DNA from: Escherichia coli
GTDB lineage: Bacteria; Pseudomonadota; Gammaproteobacteria; Enterobacterales; Enterobacteriaceae
NCBI RefSeq assembly: GCF_003334785.1
Contig: NZ_QOWV01000001.1
Strand: one strand, 5' to 3'
DNA: 64,000 nucleotides
Shown here: positions 19,983 through 31,900 of the stretch, in pieces
Layout of the letters: each line of letters begins with the position of its first letter
Numbering within the stretch: position 1 is the first letter of the stretch
Position numbers and translations under genes: made by a program
The notes under the pieces: model-generated
Database searches by the model: none
Seen by the model: only the letters and a program-made list of their open reading frames with translations
What the model was told of the DNA's origin: nothing

Positions 19983-21053
19983 ATGACAACGTTTCATTCC
20001 TTAACAGTGGCAAAAGTCGAGTCGGAAACCCGTGATGCGGTGACCATTACCTTTGCGGTGCCCCAGCCTTTGCAGGAGGCGTATCGCTTTCGCCCCGGTC
20101 AACATTTGACCTTAAAAGCCAGCTTTGATGGTGAAGAATTACGCCGTTGTTACTCCATTTGCCGCAGCTATCTGCCTGGCGAAATTAGTGTGGCGGTGAA
20201 AGCCATTGAAGGCGGACGTTTCTCCCGCTATGCCCGCGAACACATCCGCCAGGGTATGACGCTGGAGGTCATGGTGCCGCAGGGGCATTTCGGCTATCAG
20301 CCGCAGGCCGAACGCCAGGGGCGCTATCTGGCAATTGCAGCAGGATCAGGTATTACGCCAATGCTGGCGATTATCGCCACCACTTTACAAACCGAGCCTG
20401 AAAGTCAGTTCACCCTGATCTACGGTAACCGTACCAGCCAGAGCATGATGTTTCGCCAGGCACTGGCAGACCTGAAAGACAAATATCCTCAGCGTTTACA
20501 GTTGTTGTGCATTTTCAGTCAGGAAACCCTCGACAGCGATCTGCTTCACGGGCGTATTGACGGTGAAAAATTACAGTCACTTGGGGCCTCGCTCATTAAT
20601 TTTCGTCTTTATGATGAGGCATTTATTTGTGGTCCGGCGGCGATGATGGATGACGCGGAAACCGCCTTAAAAGCACTGGGAATGCCAGATAAAACCATTC
20701 ATCTGGAGCGGTTTAATACGCCTGGCACGCGCGTCAAACGTAGCGTTAACGTGCAAAGTGACGGACAAAAAGTGACTGTACGTCAGGATGGGCGGGATCG
20801 GGAAATCGTGCTTAATGCCGACGATGAAAGCATTCTCGATGCGGCATTGCGCCAGGGGGCGGATCTGCCCTATGCCTGCAAAGGCGGCGTCTGTGCGACC
20901 TGCAAATGCAAAGTGCTGCGTGGCAAAGTGGCGATGGAAACCAATTACAGTCTGGAACCGGATGAACTGGCCGCAGGTTATGTGTTGAGTTGCCAGGCAC
21001 TGCCGCTGACCAGCGATGTGGTGGTTGACTTTGACGCGAAGGGGATGGCATGA
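19983..21053 (+). CDS. paaE: Phenylacetyl-CoA epoxidase reductase subunit (FNR-like flavin domain + plant-type 2Fe-2S ferredoxin), 356 aa
   Basis: MTTFHSLTVAKVES...; C-terminal 2Fe-2S motif CKGGVCATCKCKV; track start 19773 runs into paaD and is rejected. Confidence 0.9.
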   Translation: MTTFHSLTVAKVESETRDAVTITFAVPQPLQEAYRFRPGQHLTLKASFDGEELRRCYSICRSYLPGEISVAVKAIEGGRFSRYAREHIRQGMTLEVMVPQGHFGYQPQAERQGRYLAIAAGSGITPMLAIIATTLQTEPESQFTLIYGNRTSQSMMFRQALADLKDKYPQRLQLLCIFSQETLDSDLLHGRIDGEKLQSLGASLINFRLYDEAFICGPAAMMDDAETALKALGMPDKTIHLERFNTPGTRVKRSVNVQSDGQKVTVRQDGRDREIVLNADDESILDAALRQGADLPYACKGGVCATCKCKVLRGKVAMETNYSLEPDELAAGYVLSCQALPLTSDVVVDFDAKGMA

Positions 21054-21817
21054 GCGAACTGATCGTCAGCCGTCAGCAACGAGTATTGTTGCTGACCCTT
21101 AACCGTCCCGCCGCACGTAATGCGCTAAATAATGCCCTGCTGATGCAACTGGTAAATGAACTGGAAGCTGCGGCTACCGATACCAGCATTTCGGTCTGTG
21201 TGATTACCGGTAATGCACGCTTTTTTGCCGCTGGGGCCGATCTCAACGAAATGGCAGAAAAAGATCTCGCGGCCACCTTAAACGATACACGTCCGCAGCT
21301 ATGGGCGCGATTGCAGGCCTTTAATAAACCACTTATCGCAGCCGTCAATGGTTACGCGCTTGGGGCGGGTTGCGAACTGGCATTGTTGTGCGATGTGGTG
21401 GTTGCCGGAGAGAACGCGCGTTTTGGGTTGCCGGAAATCACTCTCGGCATCATGCCTGGCGCAGGCGGAACGCAACGTTTAATCCGTAGTGTCGGTAAAT
21501 CGTTAGCCAGCAAAATGGTGCTGAGCGGAGAAAGTATCACCGCTCAGCAAGCACAGCAGGCCGGGCTGGTTAGCGACGTCTTCCCCAGCGATTTAACCCT
21601 CGAATACGCCTTACAGCTGGCATCGAAAATGGCACGTCACTCGCCGCTGGCCTTACAAGCGGCAAAGCAAGCGCTGCGCCAGTCGCAGGAAGTGGCTTTG
21701 CAAGCCGGACTTGCCCAGGAGCGACAGTTATTCACCTTGCTGGCGGCAACAGAAGATCGTCATGAAGGCATCTCCGCTTTCTTACAAAAACGCACGCCCG
21801 ACTTTAAAGGACGCTAA
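21050..21817 (+). CDS. paaF: 2,3-dehydroadipyl-CoA hydratase (enoyl-CoA hydratase/crotonase family), 255 aa
   Basis: Crotonase fold; ATGA overlap with paaE stop. Confidence 0.9.
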   Translation: MSELIVSRQQRVLLLTLNRPAARNALNNALLMQLVNELEAAATDTSISVCVITGNARFFAAGADLNEMAEKDLAATLNDTRPQLWARLQAFNKPLIAAVNGYALGAGCELALLCDVVVAGENARFGLPEITLGIMPGAGGTQRLIRSVGKSLASKMVLSGESITAQQAQQAGLVSDVFPSDLTLEYALQLASKMARHSPLALQAAKQALRQSQEVALQAGLAQERQLFTLLAATEDRHEGISAFLQKRTPDFKGR

Positions 21818-22605
21818 TGATGGAATTCATCCTCAGTCATGTAGAAAAGGGCGTGATGACACTAACGCTCAACCGCCCGGAACGCCTGAACAGTTTTAAT
21901 GATGAGATGCACGCACAACTGGCAGAGTGCCTGAAACAGGTCGAGCGCGACGACACTATCCGTTGCCTGTTACTTACAGGTGCCGGGCGCGGATTTTGTG
22001 CTGGTCAGGATCTTAACGATCGTAACGTTGATCCCACAGGCCCCGCACCGGATTTAGGGATGTCAGTTGAACGTTTCTATAACCCACTGGTACGTCGCCT
22101 GGCAAAACTGCCAAAACCGGTGATCTGTGCAGTCAATGGCGTGGCGGCAGGGGCAGGCGCAACACTGGCACTGGGGGGCGACATCGTTATTGCTGCCCGT
22201 TCAGCAAAATTCGTCATGGCGTTTAGTAAGTTAGGCTTAATACCCGATTGCGGTGGAACCTGGTTACTGCCACGCGTTGCCGGACGAGCGCGCGCCATGG
22301 GGCTGGCACTGCTGGGGAATCAACTGAGTGCTGAACAGGCGCACGAATGGGGGATGATCTGGCAGGTTGTTGATGATGAAACGCTGGCAGATACCGCGCA
22401 ACAGCTGGCACGGCATCTGGCGACACAACCGACATTTGGTCTTGGACTTATCAAGCAAGCGATAAATAGCGCTGAAACCAATACGCTCGATACGCAACTG
22501 GATCTGGAACGTGACTATCAGCGACTTGCCGGACGGAGCGCAGATTATCGTGAAGGTGTCAGTGCGTTCCTGGCTAAACGCTCACCGCAGTTCACGGGGA
22601 AATAG
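21817..22605 (+). CDS. paaG: 1,2-epoxyphenylacetyl-CoA isomerase (crotonase family), 262 aa
   Basis: Second crotonase-family ORF, MMEFILSHVEKGVMTLTLNRPERLN... Confidence 0.9.
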   Translation: MMEFILSHVEKGVMTLTLNRPERLNSFNDEMHAQLAECLKQVERDDTIRCLLLTGAGRGFCAGQDLNDRNVDPTGPAPDLGMSVERFYNPLVRRLAKLPKPVICAVNGVAAGAGATLALGGDIVIAARSAKFVMAFSKLGLIPDCGGTWLLPRVAGRARAMGLALLGNQLSAEQAHEWGMIWQVVDDETLADTAQQLARHLATQPTFGLGLIKQAINSAETNTLDTQLDLERDYQRLAGRSADYREGVSAFLAKRSPQFTGK

Positions 22606-22606
22606 C

Positions 22607-24034
22607 ATGATGATAAATGTGCAAACTGTGGCAGTGATTGGGAGCGGCACCATGGGGGCAGGCATTGCTGAAGTTGCTGCCAGTCATGGACACCAGGTTT
22701 TACTGTATGACATTTCTGCTGAAGCGCTGACCCGCGCAATCGACGGGATACACGCGCGGCTAAATTCACGCGTGACGCGGGGAAAACTGACTGCTGAAAC
22801 CTGTGAACGCACATTGAAACGCCTGATCCCGGTGACCGATATTCACGCGCTGGCAGCTGCGGACCTGGTCATTGAAGCGGCGTCTGAACGTCTGGAAGTC
22901 AAAAAAGCGCTCTTTGCACAGCTGGCGGAAGTTTGCCCGCCACAAACGCTATTGACCACTAACACTTCGTCAATCTCTATAACCGCGATTGCTGCGGAGA
23001 TAAAAAATCCTGAACGTGTTGCGGGGCTGCATTTTTTTAACCCGGCACCGGTGATGAAGTTGGTGGAGGTGGTCAGTGGGCTGGCAACGGCGGCGGAAGT
23101 TGTTGAGCAGTTGTGTGAACTAACGTTGAGTTGGGGTAAGCAGCCTGTGCGCTGTCATTCGACTCCTGGATTTATCGTTAACCGTGTTGCGCGTCCTTAT
23201 TATTCCGAGGCCTGGCGGGCACTGGAAGAGCAGGTTGCTGCACCAGAAGTGATTGACGCTGCACTTCGCGATGGCGCTGGTTTCCCGATGGGGCCGCTGG
23301 AATTAACCGATCTGATTGGTCAGGACGTCAATTTTGCTGTCACCTGTTCGGTGTTTAACGCTTTCTGGCAGGAGCGTCGTTTTTTACCTTCGCTGGTGCA
23401 ACAGGAACTGGTGATTGGTGGACGGTTGGGCAAGAAAAGTGGGCTGGGCGTGTACGACTGGCGCGCGGAACGTGAGGCAGTTGTTGGCCTGGAAGCGGTA
23501 AGCGACAGTTTTAGCCCAATGAAAGTAGAAAAGAAAAGTGACGGTGTCACGGAAATTGACGATGTTTTATTGATTGAGACACAAGGCGAGACGGCACAGG
23601 CGCTGGCAATACGACTGGCACGCCCGGTGGTAGTGATCGATAAAATGGCGGGCAAGGTGGTGACCATTGCTGCTGCAGCGGTGAACCCGGACTCAGCGAC
23701 CCGCAAGGCCATTTATTACCTGCAACAGCAGGGCAAAACAGTGCTGCAAATTGCAGATTACCCAGGAATGCTGATTTGGCGAACGGTAGCAATGATCATC
23801 AATGAAGCCCTTGATGCGCTTCAAAAAGGCGTGGCCTCTGAACAGGATATCGATACCGCCATGCGTCTTGGGGTGAATTATCCATATGGCCCACTTGCCT
23901 GGGGAGCGCAACTTGGCTGGCAGCGAATATTAAGGCTCCTTGAAAATCTACAGCATCACTATGGCGAAGAACGCTATCGCCCATGTTCATTGCTGCGCCA
24001 ACGGGCGCTTCTGGAGAGCGGTTATGAGTCATAA
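22607..24034 (+). CDS. paaH: 3-hydroxyadipyl-CoA dehydrogenase (3-hydroxyacyl-CoA dehydrogenase family), 475 aa
   Basis: MMINVQTVAVIGSGTMGAGIAEVAA NAD-binding motif; start trimmed from track 22511, which overlaps paaG. Confidence 0.9.
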   Translation: MMINVQTVAVIGSGTMGAGIAEVAASHGHQVLLYDISAEALTRAIDGIHARLNSRVTRGKLTAETCERTLKRLIPVTDIHALAAADLVIEAASERLEVKKALFAQLAEVCPPQTLLTTNTSSISITAIAAEIKNPERVAGLHFFNPAPVMKLVEVVSGLATAAEVVEQLCELTLSWGKQPVRCHSTPGFIVNRVARPYYSEAWRALEEQVAAPEVIDAALRDGAGFPMGPLELTDLIGQDVNFAVTCSVFNAFWQERRFLPSLVQQELVIGGRLGKKSGLGVYDWRAEREAVVGLEAVSDSFSPMKVEKKSDGVTEIDDVLLIETQGETAQALAIRLARPVVVIDKMAGKVVTIAAAAVNPDSATRKAIYYLQQQGKTVLQIADYPGMLIWRTVAMIINEALDALQKGVASEQDIDTAMRLGVNYPYGPLAWGAQLGWQRILRLLENLQHHYGEERYRPCSLLRQRALLESGYES

Positions 24035-24446
24035 GGCCTGGCAAAATGCCCATGCAATGTATGAGAACGATGCCTGCGCCAAAGCGCTTGGCATCGACAT
24101 TATCTCAATGGATGAAGGCTTTGCTGTAGTGACCATGACCGTCACTGCACAAATGCTTAACGGTCATCAAAGTTGCCACGGCGGGCAGCTATTTTCACTG
24201 GCTGATACTGCCTTTGCCTACGCCTGCAATAGCCAGGGGCTGGCAGCCGTCGCTTCTGCCTGCACGATTGATTTTTTGCGTCCAGGCTTTGCCGGAGACA
24301 CCTTAACTGCTACTGCGCAGGTACGTCATCAGGGCAAGCAAACCGGTGTTTACGACATCGAAATTGTTAACCAACAACAAAAAACGGTTGCGCTGTTTCG
24401 CGGTAAATCTCACCGCATCGGCGGCACCATTACAGGAGAAGCCTGA
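24024..24446 (+). CDS. paaI: Hotdog-fold acyl-CoA thioesterase PaaI, 140 aa
   Basis: MSHKAWQNAHAMYENDACAKALGIDIISMDEG...; overlaps paaH 3' end by 11 bp; start trimmed from track 23940. Confidence 0.9.
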   Translation: MSHKAWQNAHAMYENDACAKALGIDIISMDEGFAVVTMTVTAQMLNGHQSCHGGQLFSLADTAFAYACNSQGLAAVASACTIDFLRPGFAGDTLTATAQVRHQGKQTGVYDIEIVNQQQKTVALFRGKSHRIGGTITGEA

Positions 24447-25651
24447 TGCGTGAAGCCTTTATTTGTGACGGAATTCGTACGCCAATTGGTCGCTACGGCG
24501 GGGCATTATCAAGTGTTCGGGCTGATGATCTGGCTGCTATCCCTTTGCGGGAACTGCTGGTGCGAAACCCGCGTCTCGATGCGGAGTGTATCGATGATGT
24601 GATCCTCGGCTGTGCTAATCAGGCGGGAGAAGATAACCGTAACGTAGCCCGGATGGCGACTTTACTGGCGGGGCTGCCGCAGAGTGTTTCCGGCACAACC
24701 ATTAACCGCTTGTGTGGTTCCGGGCTGGACGCACTGGGGTTTGCCGCACGGGCGATTAAAGCGGGCGATGGCGATTTGCTGATCGCCGGTGGCGTGGAGT
24801 CAATGTCACGGGCACCGTTTGTTATGGGCAAGGCAGCCAGTGCATTTTCTCGTCAGGCTGAGATGTTCGATACCACTATTGGCTGGCGATTTGTGAACCC
24901 GCTCATGGCTCAGCAATTTGGAACTGACAGCATGCCGGAAACGGCAGAGAATGTAGCTGAACTGTTAAAAATCTCACGAGAAGATCAAGATAGTTTTGCG
25001 CTACGCAGTCAGCAACGTACGGCAAAAGCGCAATCCTCAGGCATTCTGGCTGAGGAGATTGTTCCGGTTGTGTTGAAAAACAAGAAAGGTGTTGTAACAG
25101 AAATACAACATGATGAGCATCTGCGCCCGGAAACGACGCTGGAACAGTTACGTGGGTTAAAAGCACCATTTCGTGCCAATGGGGTGATTACCGCAGGCAA
25201 TGCTTCCGGGGTGAATGACGGAGCCGCTGCGTTGATTATTGCCAGTGAACAGATGGCAGCAGCGCAAGGACTGACACCGCGGGCGCGTATCGTAGCCATG
25301 GCAACCGCCGGGGTGGAACCGCGCCTGATGGGGCTTGGTCCGGTGCCTGCAACTCGCCGGGTGCTGGAACGCGCAGGGCTGAGTATTCACGATATGGACG
25401 TGATTGAACTGAACGAAGCGTTCGCGGCCCAGGCGTTGGGTGTACTACGCGAATTGGGGCTGCCTGATGATGCCCCACATGTTAACCCCAACGGAGGCGC
25501 TATCGCCTTAGGCCATCCGTTGGGAATGAGTGGTGCCCGCCTGGCACTGGCTGCCAGCCATGAGCTGCATCGGCGTAACGGTCGTTACGCATTGTGCACC
25601 ATGTGCATCGGTGTCGGTCAGGGCATCGCCATGATTCTGGAGCGTGTTTGA
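24446..25651 (+). CDS. paaJ: 3-oxoadipyl-CoA / 3-oxo-5,6-dehydrosuberyl-CoA thiolase, 401 aa
   Basis: Thiolase signatures ([11 protein letters not shown] active-site Cys region; C-terminal CIGVGQG). Confidence 0.95.
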   Translation: MREAFICDGIRTPIGRYGGALSSVRADDLAAIPLRELLVRNPRLDAECIDDVILGCANQAGEDNRNVARMATLLAGLPQSVSGTTINRLCGSGLDALGFAARAIKAGDGDLLIAGGVESMSRAPFVMGKAASAFSRQAEMFDTTIGWRFVNPLMAQQFGTDSMPETAENVAELLKISREDQDSFALRSQQRTAKAQSSGILAEEIVPVVLKNKKGVVTEIQHDEHLRPETTLEQLRGLKAPFRANGVITAGNASGVNDGAAALIIASEQMAAAQGLTPRARIVAMATAGVEPRLMGLGPVPATRRVLERAGLSIHDMDVIELNEAFAAQALGVLRELGLPDDAPHVNPNGGAIALGHPLGMSGARLALAASHELHRRNGRYALCTMCIGVGQGIAMILERV

Positions 25652-25677
25652 GCATATCAACCTGCGAGTACCCTACA

Positions 25678-26991
25678 ATGATAACCAATACAAAGCTTGA
25701 CCCGATTGAAACCGCGTCTGTTGATGAGTTACAGGCGTTGCAAACACAGCGTCTGAAATGGACGCTCAAACACGCGTATGAAAATGTGCCGATGTATCGG
25801 CGCAAATTCGACGCAGCAGGCGTACATCCTGATGATTTCAGGGAACTTTCAGACCTGCGTAAATTTCCCTGTACCACCAAACAGGATCTGCGCGACAACT
25901 ATCCCTTTGACACCTTTGCCGTGCCAATGGAACAAGTGGTGCGCATTCATGCTTCTTCGGGAACCACAGGTAAACCGACAGTTGTCGGCTATACGCAAAA
26001 CGATATTGATAACTGGGCCAATATTGTAGCGCGTTCTTTGCGTGCGGCAGGGGGCTCGCCCAAAGACAAAATTCATGTTGCCTATGGTTACGGCCTGTTT
26101 ACTGGTGGGCTGGGTGCGCACTATGGTGCCGAACGTCTGGGCGCTACGGTGATCCCGATGTCTGGCGGGCAGACGGAAAAACAAGCGCAACTGATCCGTG
26201 ATTTTCAACCAGATATGATCATGGTTACGCCATCTTATTGCCTTAACCTGATTGAAGAGCTGGAGCGGCAGTTGGGCGGTGATGCCAGCGGTTGCTCGCT
26301 GCGGGTTGGAGTATTTGGTGCTGAGCCGTGGACACAGGCCATGCGTAAAGAGATTGAGCGTCGCCTGGGGATCACCGCACTGGATATTTATGGCCTGTCA
26401 GAAGTGATGGGGCCGGGGGTGGCGATGGAGTGTCTGGAAACTACCGACGGCCCAACCATTTGGGAAGATCATTTCTATCCTGAAATTGTTAATCCTCATG
26501 ACGGCACACCGCTTGCCGATGGTGAACATGGCGAACTGTTATTCACCACGCTGACCAAAGAAGCATTGCCGGTCATTCGTTACCGCACGCGTGATTTAAC
26601 CCGACTGTTACCAGGAACGGCGCGGACTATGCGCCGCATGGATCGCATCAGCGGACGCAGCGATGACATGTTGATTATTCGCGGTGTAAATGTCTTTCCG
26701 TCACAACTGGAAGAAGAGATTGTCAAATTCGAACATTTATCGCCGCATTACCAACTGGAGGTGAACCGCCGGGGGCATCTTGATTCACTTTCTGTGAAAG
26801 TGGAGTTGAAAGAAAGTAGCCTGACATTGACGCATGAGCAGCGTTGCCAGGTATGCCACCAGCTGCGCCATCGGATTAAGTCGATGGTGGGGATCTCTAC
26901 CGATGTGATGATCGTTAACTGTGGCAGTATCCCGCGTTCAGAAGGCAAGGCGTGTCGGGTGTTTGATCTGCGCAATATTGTTGGTGCCTGA
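25678..26991 (+). CDS. paaK: Phenylacetate-CoA ligase, 437 aa
   Basis: MITNTKLDPIETASVDELQALQTQRLKW...; adenylate-forming enzyme AMP-binding motif SSGTTGKPT; start trimmed from track 25594. Confidence 0.95.
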   Translation: MITNTKLDPIETASVDELQALQTQRLKWTLKHAYENVPMYRRKFDAAGVHPDDFRELSDLRKFPCTTKQDLRDNYPFDTFAVPMEQVVRIHASSGTTGKPTVVGYTQNDIDNWANIVARSLRAAGGSPKDKIHVAYGYGLFTGGLGAHYGAERLGATVIPMSGGQTEKQAQLIRDFQPDMIMVTPSYCLNLIEELERQLGGDASGCSLRVGVFGAEPWTQAMRKEIERRLGITALDIYGLSEVMGPGVAMECLETTDGPTIWEDHFYPEIVNPHDGTPLADGEHGELLFTTLTKEALPVIRYRTRDLTRLLPGTARTMRRMDRISGRSDDMLIIRGVNVFPSQLEEEIVKFEHLSPHYQLEVNRRGHLDSLSVKVELKESSLTLTHEQRCQVCHQLRHRIKSMVGISTDVMIVNCGSIPRSEGKACRVFDLRNIVGA

Positions 26992-27000
26992 TGTATCGTC

Positions 27001-27030
27001 TGGCCCTGGTGGGGTAAAGCGCCAGGGCCA
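27001..27030 (+). terminator. Hairpin downstream of paaK (TGGCCCTGG-N12-CCAGGGCCA), possible operon terminator/attenuator
   Basis: 9-bp GC-rich perfect inverted repeat 10 bp after paaK stop; no strong U-tract, so efficiency uncertain. Confidence 0.4.
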
Positions 27031-27091
27031 GAAGTCGATACGACCTGTGCTATGATTCATAAATCACAACAATAACAACAGACTGAAGCGA

Positions 27092-28042
27092 ATGAGTAAA
27101 CTTGATACTTTTATCCAACATGCTGTAAACGCTGTTCCGGTCAGTGGCACATCTTTGATCTCCTCTCTGTATGGTGATTCGCTTTCCCATCGTGGTGGTG
27201 AAATCTGGTTGGGTAGTCTGGCTGCTTTGCTGGAAGGGCTGGGATTTGGTGAGCGTTTCGTGCGCACCGCTTTGTTTCGTCTTAATAAAGAAGGCTGGCT
27301 GGATGTTTCCCGCATCGGGCGACGCAGTTTCTATAGCCTCAGTGATAAAGGCTTGCGCCTGACGCGACGGGCAGAAAGTAAAATTTATCGCGCAGAGCAA
27401 CCTGCATGGGATGGTAAATGGCTCCTGTTGCTCTCGGAAGGTTTAGATAAATCAACGCTGGCTGATGTCAAAAAGCAGTTGATCTGGCAAGGTTTTGGCG
27501 CACTGGCACCCAGCCTGATGGCATCGCCGTCGCAAAAACTGGCCGATGTACAGACACTTTTGCATGAAGCGGGTGTGGCGGATAACGTGATTTGTTTTGA
27601 AGCGCAAATACCACTGGCGCTTTCTCGCGCAGCACTGCGTGCCAGAGTAGAAGAGTGCTGGCATTTAACTGAACAAAATGCCATGTACGAAACCTTTATT
27701 CAGTCATTCCGCCCGCTGGTGCCGCTTTTAAAAGAGGCGGCAGACGAGTTAACCCCGGAGCGGGCATTTCATATTCAGCTTTTACTGATCCATTTTTATC
27801 GCCGTGTCGTCCTTAAAGACCCATTGTTGCCGGAGGAGTTGCTTCCGGCACACTGGGCAGGGCATACGGCGCGTCAGCTGTGTATCAACATTTATCAGCG
27901 CGTAGCGCCTGCTGCTTTAGCGTTCGTTAGTGAAAAAGGTGAAACCTCGGTCGGTGAACTGCCTGCGCCGGGAAGCCTGTATTTTCAACGTTTTGGCGGC
28001 TTGAATATTGAACAGGAGGCGTTATGCCAATTTATCAGATAG
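27092..28042 (+). CDS. paaX: PaaX transcriptional repressor of the paa operon (phenylacetyl-CoA responsive), 316 aa
   Basis: 316-aa [36 protein letters not shown]...; conserved position after paaK. Confidence 0.9.
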
Positions 28043-28614
28043 ACGGTCTGACTCCGGTTGTGCCAGAAGAGAGTTTTGTCCATCCGACAGCGGTATTGAT
28101 CGGCGATGTTATTCTCGGCAAGGGCGTTTACGTTGGGCCAAATGCCAGCCTGCGTGGCGATTTTGGTCGTATCGTGGTGAAAGATGGCGCGAACATTCAG
28201 GATAATTGCGTTATGCACGGTTTTCCCGAGCAGGATACTGTTGTAGGAGAAGATGGACATATTGGTCATAGCGCTATCCTTCACGGCTGCATTATCCGCC
28301 GCAATGCATTAGTGGGAATGAACGCGGTAGTGATGGACGGTGCGGTGATTGGCGAGAACAGCATTGTTGGTGCATCCGCATTTGTGAAAGCCAAAGCAGA
28401 AATGCCAGCTAATTACCTGATTGTCGGCAGCCCGGCGAAAGCGATTCGTGAACTCAGTGAGCAGGAGTTGGCATGGAAAAAGCAGGGTACGCATGAGTAC
28501 CAGGTGCTGGTGACACGCTGTAAGCAGACGTTACATCAAGTCGAGCCATTGCGGGAAATTGAACCTGGCAGGAAACGCCTGGTATTTGATGAGAATCTGC
28601 GACCGAAACAGTAA
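28024..28614 (+). CDS. paaY: PaaY, hexapeptide-repeat (gamma-carbonic-anhydrase-like) thioesterase, 196 aa
   Basis: Left-handed beta-helix hexapeptide repeats; overlaps paaX 3' end by 19 bp. Confidence 0.9.
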
Positions 28615-28647
28615 CAGATGTAAAATTATTTTGTCCCTTTAATTATA

Positions 28648-28685
28648 AAGCAGAGTTATGTTTAAGCTCTGCTTTATTTATTTGA
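28648..28685 (+). terminator. Rho-independent terminator after paaY
   Basis: AAAGCAGAG-N10-CTCTGCTTT stem followed by TATTTATTT. Confidence 0.55.
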
Positions 28686-28944
28686 GTATTAATTCATACC
28701 GTTTTTTCATCATATAATTATTTATAATGAGAATGTGGTTTTAATTTGTAATTTATATTATATACACAATTTATATATTTCATGGTCTTTTTTTATTCAC
28801 CTGAATTATAATTGTGAATTATAGGAAAGTATGTTTGATTAGATAATAATCTACTGGCAATATTGGATGTCTTCTATGTTTTAAATAACTAATTGGTCGG
28901 GTTAGTGCATCCGGCTTTCTTTATATTCGCCAGAAGGATTTATT

Positions 28945-31900
28945 ATGCAAAGGAAAACTCTATTGTCGGCCTGTATTGCATTAGCTCTGAGTGGTCAGGG
29001 TTGGGCGGCAGATATCACAGAGGTAGAAACCACCACAGGTGAAAAGAAAAATACCAATGTGACTTGTCCGGCAGACCCAGGAAAACTCAGTCCGGAAGAG
29101 CTTAAACGCTTACCCTCTGAATGCTCTCCTTTAGTCGAACAAAACCTGATGCCATGGCTTTCCACAGGCGCTGCTGCGTTAATCACGGCCTTAGCCGTAG
29201 TGGAACTAAACGACGATGATGATCATCATCATCGCAACAATTCTCCACTCCCACCGACACCCCCTGATGATGAATCAGACGACACTCCAGTTCCCCCAAC
29301 TCCTGGCGGAGATGAGATAATACCGGACGATCCGGATGATACGCCTACACCTCCCAAACCGGTTTCGTTTAATAATGACGTTATTCTCGATAAAACAGAA
29401 AAAACGTTAACTATTCGCGATTCAGTTTTTACTTATACCGAGAATGCTGACGGGACTATATCTCTGCAAGATAGCAATGGTCGTAAGGCAACGATTAATC
29501 TTTGGCAGATTGATGAAGCGAATAACACTGTTGCCCTTGAAGGGGTGAGCGCAGATGGCGCAACGAAGTGGCAATATAATCACAACGGTGAGCTTGTTAT
29601 TACGGGTGATAATGCCACAGTAAACAACAATGGCAAAACCACCGTTGACGGTAAAGATTCCACCGGTACGGAAATCAACGGTAATAACGGGAAAGTGATT
29701 CAGGACGGCGATCTGGATGTCAGCGGCGGCGGTCACGGTATTGATATCACCGGTGACAGCGCGACGGTGGATAACAAGGGCACCATGACCGTCACCGATC
29801 CGGAGTCCATGGGTATCCAGATCGACGGTGACAAGGCCATCGTCAATAACGAAGGCGAGAGCACCATCACCAACGGTGGCACCGGCACCCAGATTAATGG
29901 TGATGACGCCACGGCAAACAACAACGGCAAAACCACCGTTGACGGCAAGGATTCCACCGGTACGGAAATCAACGGTAATAACGGAAAAGTTATTCAGGAC
30001 GGCGATCTGGATGTCAGCGGCGGCGGTCACGGTATTGATATCACCGGCGACAGCGCAACGGTGGATAACAAGGGCACCATGACCGTCACCGATCCGGAGT
30101 CCATCGGTATCCAGATTGACGGCGACCAGGCCATCGTCAATAACGAAGGCGAGAGCACTATCACCAATGGCGGCACCGGCACTCAGATCAACGGTAACGA
30201 CGCCACCGCGAATAACAGTGGAAAAACCACTGTTGATGGAAAAGATTCCACGGGTACCAAAATCGCGGGCAATATCGGCATTGTAAATCTGGATGGTAGC
30301 CTGACTGTTACAGGCGGTGCGCATGGTGTTGAGAACATTGGTGACAACGGCACGGTTAACAACAAAGGAGATATTGTTGTTTCCGATACTGGATCGATTG
30401 GCGTGCTCATCAACGGTGAGGGGGCAACAGTATCCAATACGGGTGATGTTAACGTTAGCAATGAAGCGACAGGGTTCAGCATCACAACCAACAGTGGGAA
30501 GGTTTCGCTGGCAGGCAGTATGCAGGTTGGCGATTTCTCGACCGGGGTAGATCTTAATGGCAACAATAACAGCGTGACGCTGGCGGCAAAAGATCTAAAA
30601 GTGGTCGGGCAGAAAGCGACGGGCATAAACGTTTCTGGCGATGCGAATACAGTGAATATCACTGGTAACGTTCTGGTTGATAAGGATAAAACCGCAGACA
30701 ATGCGGCGGAATATTTCTTCGATCCATCCGTGGGTATCAACGTTTACGGCAGTGATAATAACGTGACGCTGGATGGAAAGTTAACTGTTGTATCAGACAG
30801 TGAGGTTACTTCTCGTCAGAGTAATTTATTTGATGGCAGCGCAGAGAAAACGTCAGGTCTGGTTGTGATTGGCGATGGCAATACCGTTAATATGAATGGT
30901 GGACTTGAACTGATTGGAGAGAAAAACGCGCTTGCAGATGGGTCGCAGGTTACTTCCTTGCGCACAGGATATAGTTATACCAGCGTTATTGTCGTTAGTG
31001 GTGAGTCGTCGGTATATCTGAATGGAGATACGACAATCAGCGGAGAATTCCCTCTGGGGTTTGCCGGGGTTATTCGGGTACAGGATAAAGCTTTGCTGGA
31101 AATTGGCAGTGGCGCTACGCTAACAATGCAGGATATTGACAGTTTTGAACATCATGGGACAAGAACCCCAGAACTTACTTATGCTGATTCCGGTGCGAAA
31201 ATTGTTAATAAAGGTACTGTTGAAATTCAGAATTTAGGTTTTGCTTTTGTTACTGGTGAAAATACAACAGGTATAAATAGTGGCACGATCTCGTTATTAC
31301 AAAATGGTAAAGATCCGGCACCGTCTCCCATTGTTTTACTGGCTACTAACGGAGGGAGCGCCACTAATGCAGGTACGATCACAGGTAAAGTGACGGAACA
31401 ACATAGCGTATTTAACAAGTATTCAACGGGCACATCGAATTCATTTATTTTTAATAACGATGTCAGTAGCATAACAGGGTTAGTCGCTCAATCGAATAGC
31501 ACAATTATCAATACTGACAGCGGCATCATTGATTTGTATGGTCGTGGTAGTGTCGGCATGCTTGCTATAGCAGATTCAACAGCAGAAAATCAGGGTAAAA
31601 TTACACTGGATTCTATGTGGGTAGATGCAAATGACACTACCGCAATGCGAGATATAGCTAGCAACAGCGCCATTGACTTCGGTACAGGTGTGGGAGTTGG
31701 TACTGATAGTTATAGTGGTGCAGGGAAAAATGCAACAGCAATTAACCAATTGGGCGGTGTTATAACTATTTATAACGCCGGCGCAGGTATGGCGGCCTAT
31801 GGCGCCAGCAATACAGTTATTAACCAGGGGACGATTAACCTCGAAAAAAATGGTAATTATGACGATAGTCTGGCAGCAAATACTCTGGTAGGGATGGCTG

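Noticed and set aside
29617-30260. Repetitive array that could be mistaken for a CRISPR or satellite repeat
   Set aside because: Period is 294 bp, units are in frame inside one long ORF and encode a repeated 98-aa Gly/Asn/Thr-rich passenger segment; no short direct repeats with unique spacers.
29422-30324. 300-aa minus-strand ORF antisense to ydbA (and several others at 30183-30740, 31576-32037, 32824-33318, 33940-34548)
   Set aside because: Shadow ORFs generated by the low-stop, repetitive composition of the plus-strand autotransporter gene; no RBS or protein-like composition.
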